31,211 bases of DNA from Thermoplasmata archaeon (GTDB lineage Archaea; Thermoplasmatota; Thermoplasmata; GCA-020350865): positions 2,117,875 through 2,149,085 of the forward strand of contig CP070751.1 of assembly GCA_020348445.1 (NCBI GenBank). The letters run 5' to 3'. The notes below the pieces were generated by a model that worked only from the letters and a program-made list of their open reading frames with translations, ran no database searches and had not been told where the DNA came from. Each line of letters begins with the position of its first letter. Position 1 is the stretch's first letter. Made by a program: the position numbers and the translations under genes. Positions 1-9,510 of this stretch are shown here, piece after piece.

Positions 1-3000
1 GTAACGTAAATATTTCCATTGTTGTCCAATGAAATTCTTCTAGGCTCATCCCAATCATGTCCTGGGCCATCATATCGTGCCGTCCAGAGTTGATTTCCTG
101 AAGAATCATATGCTACTGTAGCAAAATCGCGACTGGTTCCGCTTCCTTGACTTTCGCCTACTACGTAAATATTCCCTGTGGAATCAATAACCATCAAATG
201 AGCTGCATCATAACCATTTGCTGGACCATTGTATCTTGCTTCCCATAGTAGATTTCCTGACGAATCATATTTTAAGGTCGCAAAGTCACTGTATGTGCCA
301 GAACCTCTACTTCCCCCTGTTACATAGACATTTCCCAATGAATCGACTACAATGGAAGTACCAAAATCCCAATCATTTGCAGGACCATCATATCTTGCCC
401 TCCATAGTTCGTTACCAAGGATGTCATATGCTATTGTGAGATAATCCCTAACTGTTGCACTGTTATCGCTATACCCTGTAACATACACATTCCCTGTCGA
501 ATCTACAGCAAGTCCCATACCCCAATCATAACCATTTCCTGGGGGATTGTATCTTGCTACCCATTCTTCTGTAACATCTTGAGACATCAATGTCGTATTT
601 TGTACTATGATCGTATCTATTGTTGGAACAACATTATTGACATTCACTGTAGTTTCATAGGAAGTAGAACCACCATCATCATCTTCTACTGTTAGAGTAA
701 TTGTATAAACTCCGTTATCTCCATAGGTATGCTGGACTGTGTCTGTAACTGTAAATGGATATGTGCCCAATGGGCTTTGATGAGGGTCTGGACTAGCGCC
801 ATTATTGTAGTAGGTGGTGGTTGTCGTGGAAGTCCCGTCTCCCCATTCCCATGTGAAAGTGAGATCATCACTGCCTTGATCCGTGACAGTGGAGCTGAAG
901 GCTATAGGTGATCCTTCAAAACCCGAAGGTGCAGTTATTGAGTTAATAGAAGGAGCAGTGTTGCTTACTGTAATAGTGGTTGTGTAGGTTGACATTCCGT
1001 TATCATCATCGGAAACTGTCAGTGTGATTGAATAAACACCATTGTCTCCGTAAATGTGGCTCACGGTATCTGTCGTTGTAAATGGGTATGTTCCCCATGG
1101 ACTCTTGATTTTATTTGTAGCAGGATTGTAATCAGGTTCTGAGCTTAATCCATTGTTGTAATATTTGGTCACAGTATCGGATGTTCCATCGCCCCAGTTC
1201 CATGTGAACGTGAGATCGTCGCTGCCTGGATCAGAAGCTGTTCCTGTGAATTTTATTGAAGAACCTTCATTGCATTCATAATAACTTGAAGTTGAATATT
1301 TAATGACACAAAAATCACTGTGCGTACCATTACCCTTACTATTTCCACTTGCATAGACATTCCCTGATGAATCCACAGCTATATGTAGACCTGCATCACC
1401 ACCACTTGGACCATTATACCTTGTAATCCATAGCTCATTACCATTTCGGTCATAAGCTACAGTAGCAAAGTCACCACAACTCCTGCCAGTCACGTAAATA
1501 TTTCCTGATGAATTGTCAATAGCAATACCATTAGCTACACCTTCAATAGATCTCGCCACCCAGATTTGGTTGCCATTTGAGTCGTACTTTATGGTAGTAT
1601 AATCCTGATAGCCACTTCCCTTACTTCCACCGGTCACATAAACATTTCCTAATGAATCCACAGCTAAATCAGCAGCATTATCTGAACCATTATCAGGACC
1701 ATTGTACCTAGCTACCCAAAGTTCATTGCCTAAAGAATCATATTTTATTGTGGTGTAGTCATCACTTGTTCCAATACCACGGCTCCATCCTGTAATATAG
1801 ATATCACCCGCTGAGTCCAAGGCTAAATTGTAAGAATAATCATACCCTTTACCAGGTCCATCATACTTTGTTACCCAGAGCTCGTTTCCTAACGAGTCGT
1901 AAGCTATAGTAGCATAATCTACACCTATCCCAATTTTGGCACTCCACCCAGTCACATAGACATTTCCTGATAAGTCATCAATTTCTATATCCCATGCCTC
2001 TCCATTGGTTCCATCATTTCTCGCTACCCAGATCAGATTACCATAACTGTCGTACTTTATAGTAACAAAGTCATACTCACTACCACCGGTAACATAGACA
2101 TATCCCTTGCAGTCTAGGGTAATAGCGTGCGCTAAATCGTCACCTCCTCCATCGTATCTCGCCACCCAGAGCTCGTTACCATCCGGGTCATACTTAATAG
2201 TAGCATAGTCCCATAATGTTCCACTTCCCCAACTCATCCCAGTAACATAAACATTTCCCGACGAATCGACAGCTATATCCCAGGCACCATCCCAAAGATT
2301 TCCAGGGCCGTTATAACTTGCCATCCAGAGCTCGTTACCATTGATATCATATTTTATTGTGGTATAATTTGTATAACTATCTCCTGTCTCCCCTTTGCAA
2401 TGACTATCTCCAGTTACATATACATTTCCAGATGGATCTACAGCCATTGAATAAATAAAGTCATTATAATTATGTGGTCCATTATATCTTGCAACCCATT
2501 CCTCCATCACACCTTTTTGTAAAGCTGTTGCGCCTTGGGCTGTAATTGGTTCCATAGTCGGATTAACATTCCTCACAGTAACCTCCATAGTATCTGTATC
2601 AAACAGCCTGCCTGCAGAATAATTTCCCACGATCTTCGATATATTATCATAAATCATTTCTAAATATCCAGCATCCGGTGCAGGGAAGTACTTCCCATCC
2701 GTGATGTCGGCTATCTCTTTAAGAAGCAGCTCTTCTGTGGAGTTAGGCAGCATGGCTAATCCGATGGTAAAAATCTTTATGTCTCTGCTTGCAGCAATAT
2801 TTGCTTCTATTAAACAGTAGTTGTTGTCAATTGGATCGTTGTTCGCCGCATCTGTGAGAAGAATCATGATTGGAACATGACTTGGGTCTGCATTATTTCT
2901 CAGTTCCTCATTTGAAAGATTGAGTCCTCTGGAAATTCCTGTGCCTCCCATGCTATCGATGTAATCGAGATTGCCCTTGATTTTAGCATAATCCATACTT

Positions 3001-5270
3001 AGGTGATCATCATAAGGCCCAGGTGGCATGAGATCAGCATCTGTATCAAAATCAACTACACAGCCCCTGTCGTCAGGCGTCATCTTGTCAACATATTGCT
3101 TTGCAGCATCTATTCTGAGGTTGAGGGGATCGTTCCACGACATACTTCCTGAGCTGTCCATTACCAAAACACAATCCTGGGCAACCTTAATGACATCACC
3201 AGTCTCATATGGAGTTGAAACGGTGAGTGTTACGGTATAGATGCCATCATCACCATAAATATGGGTTGGAGTAGGCCCGGTTGCCTCGACATCGTTGGTA
3301 TAGTTACCATCTCCATCCGAATCCACGTCCGAGTCGAAGTCCCATTCGTAGGTAAGTTCGCCTGGTTGAGAATAATTTAGGCTTCCGGTTTGGTAAATTC
3401 TTAGGATGTCCTGATCTGATAGAGCGCAGTCATATATTGCCACTTCATCAATTATACCTTTGAAAAAGACAGGACCATAGCGGCCAATTCCAACATTTGC
3501 GGCACTTGTCTTTATTTTGCCTGTGAAGTTCACAGAATCCTCGACCTGGCCGTTGTAAAACACCTTCAGTACATTGCCGTCCCAGGTCATGGCAATATGT
3601 TGCCATACATCGTAAACGATATCTGTGGTGCCTGTGGCCTGATGCCAATAGTATACTGGGCTATCTTCATGAAGTATTGATCTTACCTGTCCCGGGTAAA
3701 TGTCCAGGCTATACAAGCCACCTCGCCCTTCATGTCCAGGATTAAGCTCCTTGCAGACAACATACCCATAGTCGGTTCTTTTGGGTTTGATCCATGCATG
3801 CATTGTCATCATATCAGTGATATTCAATGATGGAGAAGTAGGCACATCCACAAAGTCATGGAGTCCGTCAAAACTCAGGGCGCTGCCGTATTTTCCAGTG
3901 GTCCATGTGGCTTTGTATATTTCACCGTCGTTGTGATAGTCGGTCTCATCGTAAATCGTGTCACCAGATCCCTCATCCATATGCCATACTGCCACGGCAT
4001 CGGGAACTACGCCCCCACCTGCTGTTGAGCCGCTTCCATTGAATTGAACTACATCTCCTTCGTTTACGGTTTGATCGGGGCCTGCGTCGGCGATTGGGCG
4101 TTGGGGTTGAGTGGGTGTGCCGATGGCGTAGAGGTTACCATCTGCAGAGCCGACATAAATCGTACCATCGGAGCCGATTGCGGGTGAGGAATGGATGAGA
4201 TTTCCCGTGATAAAGTTCCATTTCTCAGTTCCATCCGGATTGATCGCATATAACTTATGGTCTCTAGAGCCGACATAAATTGTTCCATCAGAGCCAATTG
4301 CAGGTGATGATTGAACTTGACCACCAGTCGTGAAATTCCATTTTTGAGTGCCGTCTGGATTGATTGCATATAGTAAATCATCATCAGAACCAACATAAAT
4401 TGTACCATCGAAACCTATGGCAGGTGATGAGTCTACATCACTACCAGTTACGAAACTCCATTTATGAGTGCCATCAGGATTAATTGCATACAGTTTATTG
4501 TCAGAAGAGCCTACGTAGATTGTACCATCAGAGCCAATTGAAGGTGAAGACCATACATAGTGACCAATTAAAAAACTCCATTTTAAAGTACCATCTGGTT
4601 TTATTGAATACAGATTTTTGTCCCAGGAACCCACATAAATCGTGCCATCGGAACTAATTGCTGGTGATGAATGAATCGCTTTATTAGTCGTGAAGTTCCA
4701 TCTCTCACTTCCATCAGGATTAATTGCATACAGTTTATGGTCCTCTGAACCTATATATATAGTCCCATCATAGCCAATCGCAGCTGATGACCAGCTAATA
4801 TACCAACCGGTAGTAAAATTCCATTTTTCAGTGCCATCTGGGTTGATTGCATACAATTTATTATCATAGGAGCCTACATAAATCGTACCATCAAATCCAA
4901 TTGCCGGTGAAGATCTTACACGGTAATTGGTCGTATAATTCCATTTCTCAGTGCCATCTGGGTTGATTGCATACAATTTATTATCATAGGATCCCACATA
5001 TATTGCACCATCAAAGCCGATTGCCGGCGCTGATTGTACATCACCACCAGTATCGAAACTCCATTTCAACTTACCAGGATTTGCACTTGTATCGTAAGGG
5101 CTAAGACCCGTGTGGTTGAGATTACATCGAAACATCGGCCATGGAGAATCTGCAAGACCGCTTGTTTCGTTTGAAATTGAACTTGATTGTACTACAATTT
5201 GAAAATAAGAATTTAAATTGCTCGCAATCATTATTAAACTTAAAAGAAAACTTACCATCTTGATCTTCAT
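1..5270 (-). CDS. Giant secreted modular surface protein, paralog A (3' end off-window, >=1756 aa): signal peptide, 8-blade PQQ/BamB-like propeller, PKD, LamG, vWA, SBBP-type propellers, PKD repeats
   Basis: ATG at 5270 preceded by GGGAGA SD-like motif. Hand translation gives MKIKMVSFLLSLIMIASN...GLADSPWPMFRCNLNHTGLSPYDTSANPGKLKWSF. The same frame is open at the window edge (HDWDEPRRISLDNNGNIYV). It is missing from the ORF track, consistent with no stop inside the window. Collinear with 12530-17829. Confidence 0.93.
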   Translation of the reverse strand, partial: MKIKMVSFLLSLIMIASNLNSYFQIVVQSSSISNETSGLADSPWPMFRCNLNHTGLSPYDTSANPGKLKWSFDTGGDVQSAPAIGFDGAIYVGSYDNKLYAINPDGTEKWNYTTNYRVRSSPAIGFDGTIYVGSYDNKLYAINPDGTEKWNFTTGWYISWSSAAIGYDGTIYIGSEDHKLYAINPDGSERWNFTTNKAIHSSPAISSDGTIYVGSWDKNLYSIKPDGTLKWSFLIGHYVWSSPSIGSDGTIYVGSSDNKLYAINPDGTHKWSFVTGSDVDSSPAIGFDGTIYVGSDDDLLYAINPDGTQKWNFTTGGQVQSSPAIGSDGTIYVGSRDHKLYAINPDGTEKWNFITGNLIHSSPAIGSDGTIYVGSADGNLYAIGTPTQPQRPIADAGPDQTVNEGDVVQFNGSGSTAGGGVVPDAVAVWHMDEGSGDTIYDETDYHNDGEIYKATWTTGKYGSALSFDGLHDFVDVPTSPSLNITDMMTMHAWIKPKRTDYGYVVCKELNPGHEGRGGLYSLDIYPGQVRSILHEDSPVYYWHQATGTTDIVYDVWQHIAMTWDGNVLKVFYNGQVEDSVNFTGKIKTSAANVGIGRYGPVFFKGIIDEVAIYDCALSDQDILRIYQTGSLNYSQPGELTYEWDFDSDVDSDGDGNYTNDVEATGPTPTHIYGDDGIYTVTLTVSTPYETGDVIKVAQDCVLVMDSSGSMSWNDPLNLRIDAAKQYVDKMTPDDRGCVVDFDTDADLMPPGPYDDHLSMDYAKIKGNLDYIDSMGGTGISRGLNLSNEELRNNADPSHVPIMILLTDAANNDPIDNNYCLIEANIAASRDIKIFTIGLAMLPNSTEELLLKEIADITDGKYFPAPDAGYLEMIYDNISKIVGNYSAGRLFDTDTMEVTVRNVNPTMEPITAQGATALQKGVMEEWVARYNGPHNYNDFIYSMAVDPSGNVYVTGDSHCKGETGDSYTNYTTIKYDINGNELWMASYNGPGNLWDGAWDIAVDSSGNVYVTGMSWGSGTLWDYATIKYDPDGNELWVARYDGGGDDLAHAITLDCKGYVYVTGGSEYDFVTIKYDSYGNLIWVARNDGTNGEAWDIEIDDLSGNVYVTGWSAKIGIGVDYATIAYDSLGNELWVTKYDGPGKGYDYSYNLALDSAGDIYITGWSRGIGTSDDYTTIKYDSLGNELWVARYNGPDNGSDNAADLAVDSLGNVYVTGGSKGSGYQDYTTIKYDSNGNQIWVARSIEGVANGIAIDNSSGNIYVTGRSCGDFATVAYDRNGNELWITRYNGPSGGDAGLHIAVDSSGNVYASGNSKGNGTHSDFCVIKYSTSSYYECNEGSSIKFTGTASDPGSDDLTFTWNWGDGTSDTVTKYYNNGLSSEPDYNPATNKIKSPWGTYPFTTTDTVSHIYGDNGVYSITLTVSDDDNGMSTYTTTITVSNTAPSINSITAPSGFEGSPIAFSSTVTDQGSDDLTFTWEWGDGTSTTTTTYYNNGASPDPHQSPLGTYPFTVTDTVQHTYGDNGVYTITLTVEDDDGGSTSYETTVNVNNVVPTIDTIIVQNTTLMSQDVTEEWVARYNPPGNGYDWGMGLAVDSTGNVYVTGYSDNSATVRDYLTIAYDILGNELWRARYDGPANDWDFGTSIVVDSLGNVYVTGGSRGSGTYSDFATLKYDSSGNLLWEARYNGPANGYDAAHLMVIDSTGNIYVVGESQGSGTSRDFATVAYDSSGNQLWTARYDGPGHDWDEPRRISLDNNGNIYV

Positions 5271-5340
5271 TTTCAAATCTCCCACATCGGAAGTTTTATC
5301 AGAAACACCCTTTCTTGCGTCCCCTCCAAATCTTCATGTT

Positions 5341-5373
5341 AATAATGTCTTTTTATCTATTTATAATTTCGGC
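5341..5373 (-). promoter_or_regulatory. Putative BRE-TATA promoter of paralog A
   Basis: Minus strand GCCGAAA-TTATAAATA (TATA at 5358-5366), 88 bp upstream of the ATG. A nearly identical element lies upstream of paralog B. Confidence 0.65.
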
Positions 5374-5832
5374 TCTCATGTTAGATGGTACAATAAAAAA
5401 TGATAAGCAATCCTATGAATGGCCACTCTTTTTTATACAATTCGCAACCTTTGTTTATATACTCTTTCATCTACGTTATCATCGGATTGGAAGGTTTTTT
5501 AAGAAATTCCCAGGATTTATTCCTGAGTTGAAAATTGTATATTACACGATTTCTAAAAATGCATAGCCATAAATTTATTTATTTAATAATATTTAAGTAT
5601 AAGTTAAAGAATAAACAATATATATAACATCTTAATAAGCATTTTAAGTAATATTTAAATACTTTAATCGTAATAAACTTTCGCATAGAAATATCGATAG
5701 TGAGGGATAGAAAAAGGGGAGAGTAAAGGAGAAGTAAACTTCTGAAAAAATATTGTTTAAAATAGTGGAACTCATCACTTTTTCGATTGCTTTCCAATAG
5801 GTAAAACAGATAGAGAAATTGGAGGAATAAAA

Positions 5833-8181
5833 ATGAGGGAACATAATGAAAAGGAAAAAAGAATTAGAAAAATAAGTACCGTAGTAGTTGTGGGATTGTT
5901 TGTGTCAATTTTAATAATAACAGTCCCCGTTGTTGCAGAAGATTATGACTGGGAAAGATCGGGAGTAAATGTCTACACCGGGCATGGAGGTGACTATCCA
6001 TCTGGCAATGTTGGCATCGGAACAGATACCCCTGGTAAAAAATTAGACGTAGATGGTGAAACTAGAATATCAAGTCATCTAACTGTAGACACAAATACAT
6101 TTTATGTAGATGCTTCGAACAATAGAGTCGGCATCGGAATTGCGAGTCCTGTAGTTAAATTAGATATTGATACAGGCTCGAATATTGAGGGACTTAGATT
6201 AAGAGGAACAGCCGAAACGGCAGAAATAGGAGACATTTATATTGGTGACACTGGCCAGATGGTTCTTAGCACGGAAAATACTGGTGATGAAGCGGCTTGG
6301 ATAGAGGCTGACGCTGATGATGGTCAATTTGGGTTCATAATTAGAGAATCGGGCGATGGTAGTAGCAGTACCGCATACGCCAATCTTTATGTAACGGAGG
6401 CTGGAACTACGGATTATTTAAATGTTATCGTGGGCTCAGGGACATCAACCACAGGCCTCGTTATTGAAACTGGTGGCAATGTTGGTATCGGGACGGCGGA
6501 CCCCGATGCGAAATTAGAAGTTGCAGGAGCGATAAAGAGTTCTGTTCCCCTTCCAGGAACGGTTCTTTTTTATCGTACTAGTGAATCGGGAAATCCAAGT
6601 GGCTCTAATGATGGATTTAGAATTAGGTATGACGGTAATTTTTTTGGGACAAATTCAGATGCTTTATTAATAGAAAAAACCGACGCAAATCAAGCAAATC
6701 CTGATGGCGGTATGGCATTTGTAAACACAGGAAACGACGGAACAGTAGAAACAGCTATGGTTATTAGAGGTGATGGGAAAGTCGGCATAGGGAGGACGAA
6801 TCCTCTGACAACCTTGCATGTGGAGACTTCAGGTGTGGATAATCATATTAGGGTTCAAAGAGAGGGGTACGATCCCCATATGGACCTTCTCGCTGGAGGA
6901 GGTTGGGTTGGTATAGATTGCAGGGATACATTTGGTGGATTGTTTACAATATATGATGATGGCACACAAAGGTTTCACATTGACTATTTTGGCAACATTG
7001 GTATCGGGCAGGCCACGCCTCTTACAACATTACATTTAAAAGACGACGACGCGGGCATAATTTTTGAACCCGAAGACAATTCCGGCGACACGGATTTCTG
7101 GATAGCGGTTAATGATGATGGAGATGGTTTGGATGACGATGACTTTTGTATAGGAGGCGGGACTACAGTAGGTAATAATCGCTTTATTACAATTGATACA
7201 TATGGTAATGTCGGCATCGGGACGATAGGCCCGAGCGCTGGTTTGGATGTGCAAAAAGATATAACTGCATCTGGAGGAGAAGCTAACGGAGTCAATCTCG
7301 AACAGACTTTATCCGCTTCTAATGCCGGAGATATTTTAACTGGATTGAATATTGAACCAACATTCTCTGGTCCGGTTGGCCCATTTCGTTATGGATTATA
7401 TGTAGAAGTCCATAATGCAAATGGAATTTATAGTAAAAGTAGTTGGAGTGGGCAATATGGTGTTGGTGTCATGGGTGAGGGGGATTATTCGGGTGTACAT
7501 GGATTCTCACGCCCTACTGGAGATCGTACTTATTATGGAGTTAAGGGTGAGTGTTATAGCCTCCCTCCTTATTATAACAGTGGAACAAACATCGGTGTTT
7601 ATGGATATGCCGATGGCGGAAATACAAACTGGGCAGGGTATTTCGATTCTGGCAATGTTTATATCGAGAACGACCTCGATATTGATGGCGATTGTGATAT
7701 CGCTGGAACCTTATCTAAAGGTGGTGGTTGCTTTAAGATTGATCATCCCCTAGATCCAGAGAACAAATACCTCTATCACTCGTTCGTAGAGAGTCCGGAT
7801 ATGATGAATGTATATAACGGAAACATTACTCTTAATGATAGTGGAGAAGCATGGATAGTATTACCCTATTGGTTCGAAACCCTTAACCGGGATTTCCGAT
7901 ATCAGTTGACACCGATTGGCGAACCTGGCCCAAATCTATACATTGCTGAGGAGATAATTAATAATCAATTCAAGATTGCAGGTGGTAAATCAGGAATGCA
8001 AGTATCCTGGCAGGTGACTGGCATCCGGCAAGATCCATGGGCTGAAAAATATAGAATTCCAATGGAGGAGAATAAATCTGAAGAAGAAAAAGGGAAATAT
8101 TTACACCCTGAACTCTACGATATGCCAGAAACAATGGGTATCAGCTATTTGGAGTTACCAGAGATCTCACAAGAACCGTAA
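5833..8181 (+). CDS. Secreted fibre/adhesin-like protein with six GNVGIGT-type repeats and a conserved C-terminal FKIDHPLDP...LYHSFVESP domain
   Basis: 782 aa ORF with GGAGG SD. Basic then hydrophobic N-terminus ending VVA-ED (signal peptide). Six repeats of the form G(N/K)(V/I)GIG-x3-P-x3-L-x-(V/I/L). The C-terminal domain (about 7717-8130) resembles tails of tail-fibre/collagen-like proteins (family recollection, not searched). Confidence 0.8.
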   Translation: MREHNEKEKRIRKISTVVVVGLFVSILIITVPVVAEDYDWERSGVNVYTGHGGDYPSGNVGIGTDTPGKKLDVDGETRISSHLTVDTNTFYVDASNNRVGIGIASPVVKLDIDTGSNIEGLRLRGTAETAEIGDIYIGDTGQMVLSTENTGDEAAWIEADADDGQFGFIIRESGDGSSSTAYANLYVTEAGTTDYLNVIVGSGTSTTGLVIETGGNVGIGTADPDAKLEVAGAIKSSVPLPGTVLFYRTSESGNPSGSNDGFRIRYDGNFFGTNSDALLIEKTDANQANPDGGMAFVNTGNDGTVETAMVIRGDGKVGIGRTNPLTTLHVETSGVDNHIRVQREGYDPHMDLLAGGGWVGIDCRDTFGGLFTIYDDGTQRFHIDYFGNIGIGQATPLTTLHLKDDDAGIIFEPEDNSGDTDFWIAVNDDGDGLDDDDFCIGGGTTVGNNRFITIDTYGNVGIGTIGPSAGLDVQKDITASGGEANGVNLEQTLSASNAGDILTGLNIEPTFSGPVGPFRYGLYVEVHNANGIYSKSSWSGQYGVGVMGEGDYSGVHGFSRPTGDRTYYGVKGECYSLPPYYNSGTNIGVYGYADGGNTNWAGYFDSGNVYIENDLDIDGDCDIAGTLSKGGGCFKIDHPLDPENKYLYHSFVESPDMMNVYNGNITLNDSGEAWIVLPYWFETLNRDFRYQLTPIGEPGPNLYIAEEIINNQFKIAGGKSGMQVSWQVTGIRQDPWAEKYRIPMEENKSEEEKGKYLHPELYDMPETMGISYLELPEISQEP

Positions 8182-8535
8182 GCAAGTTAAAAATGATCTT
8201 AGGGTAACATTAGATATTATTGATAGATTCCCCTAATGGATGGCTTTCTTAAATAAAATATAATATCCTCTTGGGTTTTGATTCCTTTCAGAAGTGATAA
8301 CTATCATATAATAAAGAGAAGCATGCTAATCTATGGAAAATTTTCATGGAATATGGCTATCCATATCGAACGACATAAAGGTCTAAAATCCAAATAAATT
8401 GAAGGAATTTAGATTTCCAGCTTTGCTAAAGGTTTAAGTGCCTTATAGAGGAAGTCCCAGTATCCTTGAAATCCCTTACAAATCATTATTCTTCAAAGTA
8501 GAAAACTGACTATATGAAAGAGAAATCAAAAATAT

Positions 8536-8745
8536 TTACACTTTCCGCCCACAATGTAAACAAAAAGGAGTAGTAACAGATTTCCCGCAAAATCCACAAA
8601 AACTTGGAGTAACTTCTTTTGTAACTTTTGGTTCCTCATGCCTTTTCCTAGGAGTCCCGGGTTCTTCAGGTTCGGATTCTTTCGGCTCCTGAGTTTCTAA
8701 CTTCTTGAGTGATGTCTTCTCCAATGCTGTTGGTTTGGCTTTTTT
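8536..8745 (-). other. Out-of-frame C-terminal tail (acidic/Pro linker plus double Zn ribbon CGFCG...CLHCG) of the upstream membrane protein
   Basis: Removing one A from the A8 run (T8 at 8740-8747 on +) gives ...RKVKKAKPTALEKTSLKKLETQEP...FCGFCGKSVTTPFCLHCGRKV*, a joined protein of 286 aa. Confidence 0.7.
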
Positions 8746-9397
8746 TTACCTTACGTTTCCTGACCTTTTTAGACAGCGCTTTAGTGGTTGATTGCTTGTA
8801 TTTTCGTACTTTAAATGCGAGAACAACAAGAAAAATGGCGAGAATTATCACCAAAACAAGTAGAATATATAGATAAATGGAAGTATCCTCGGATGGAGTT
8901 TCAGCAGATTCTACAGTATAGGTTCTTATTTCATAAACAACATTTACCTCAACACTTCGATTATTATAATTTACCATAACCAGTTTATATAGATCATGTT
9001 CATTCAAAGTCACGATTTTTTTAGTATATATGACTTCTCGCTCAGAACCATCAATATAATATAAAAACTGCTCGGCACCGCTTGAAAACAGCAAATGATT
9101 ATCCTCATTCATAAACCAGACATTGATAGGAATGCCCTGTTTCACGAGCAATATAAATACGATCTCGATTTCTTCACCCTCTTGAAAATCGAAATCGATA
9201 GATTGATAACTATATTCCGATATGGTTATATTTTCATCAAATTTGTCTACATCATATTCTTGATGGTCGGCCTTAACTTCCATAGGAAAAGGGATTGATC
9301 CCAATGGAAGATGACTAGTTAAAAAAGCAATAAGGATAACCAAATATATCAAAAGACTCCCGCGGCATCTTTTTTTCTTTATATAGGTCCCCCACAT
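8666..9397 (-). CDS. Type I membrane protein (signal/TM, extracellular beta domain, TM, Lys-rich tail); probably frameshifted before a Zn-ribbon C-terminus
   Basis: 243 aa ORF with an N-terminal hydrophobic stretch (LLIYLVILIAFL), a second TM (IYLYILLVLVIILAIFLVVLAF) and a KKVRKRKVKK stop-transfer segment. Confidence 0.8.
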   Translation of the reverse strand: MWGTYIKKKRCRGSLLIYLVILIAFLTSHLPLGSIPFPMEVKADHQEYDVDKFDENITISEYSYQSIDFDFQEGEEIEIVFILLVKQGIPINVWFMNEDNHLLFSSGAEQFLYYIDGSEREVIYTKKIVTLNEHDLYKLVMVNYNNRSVEVNVVYEIRTYTVESAETPSEDTSIYLYILLVLVIILAIFLVVLAFKVRKYKQSTTKALSKKVRKRKVKKSQTNSIGEDITQEVRNSGAERIRT

Positions 9398-9510
9398 GTA
9401 ATCTGCTTATAATACATAAAATTTTCGTCAGAAGGCTTGTTTTTTTTAATAAAAAGAATATGGCAAGTTACCTTATAGACTGTTTTCATCGATTCCTACG
9501 CTAGTAAATC

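Noticed and set aside
218-4408. Small ORFs listed in the left 5 kb
   Set aside because: All are antisense or alternate-frame shadows of the unlisted paralog A reading frame.
5833-8181. Provirus
   Set aside because: No integrase, terminase, portal or capsid genes nearby, and the fibre-like protein has a signal peptide.
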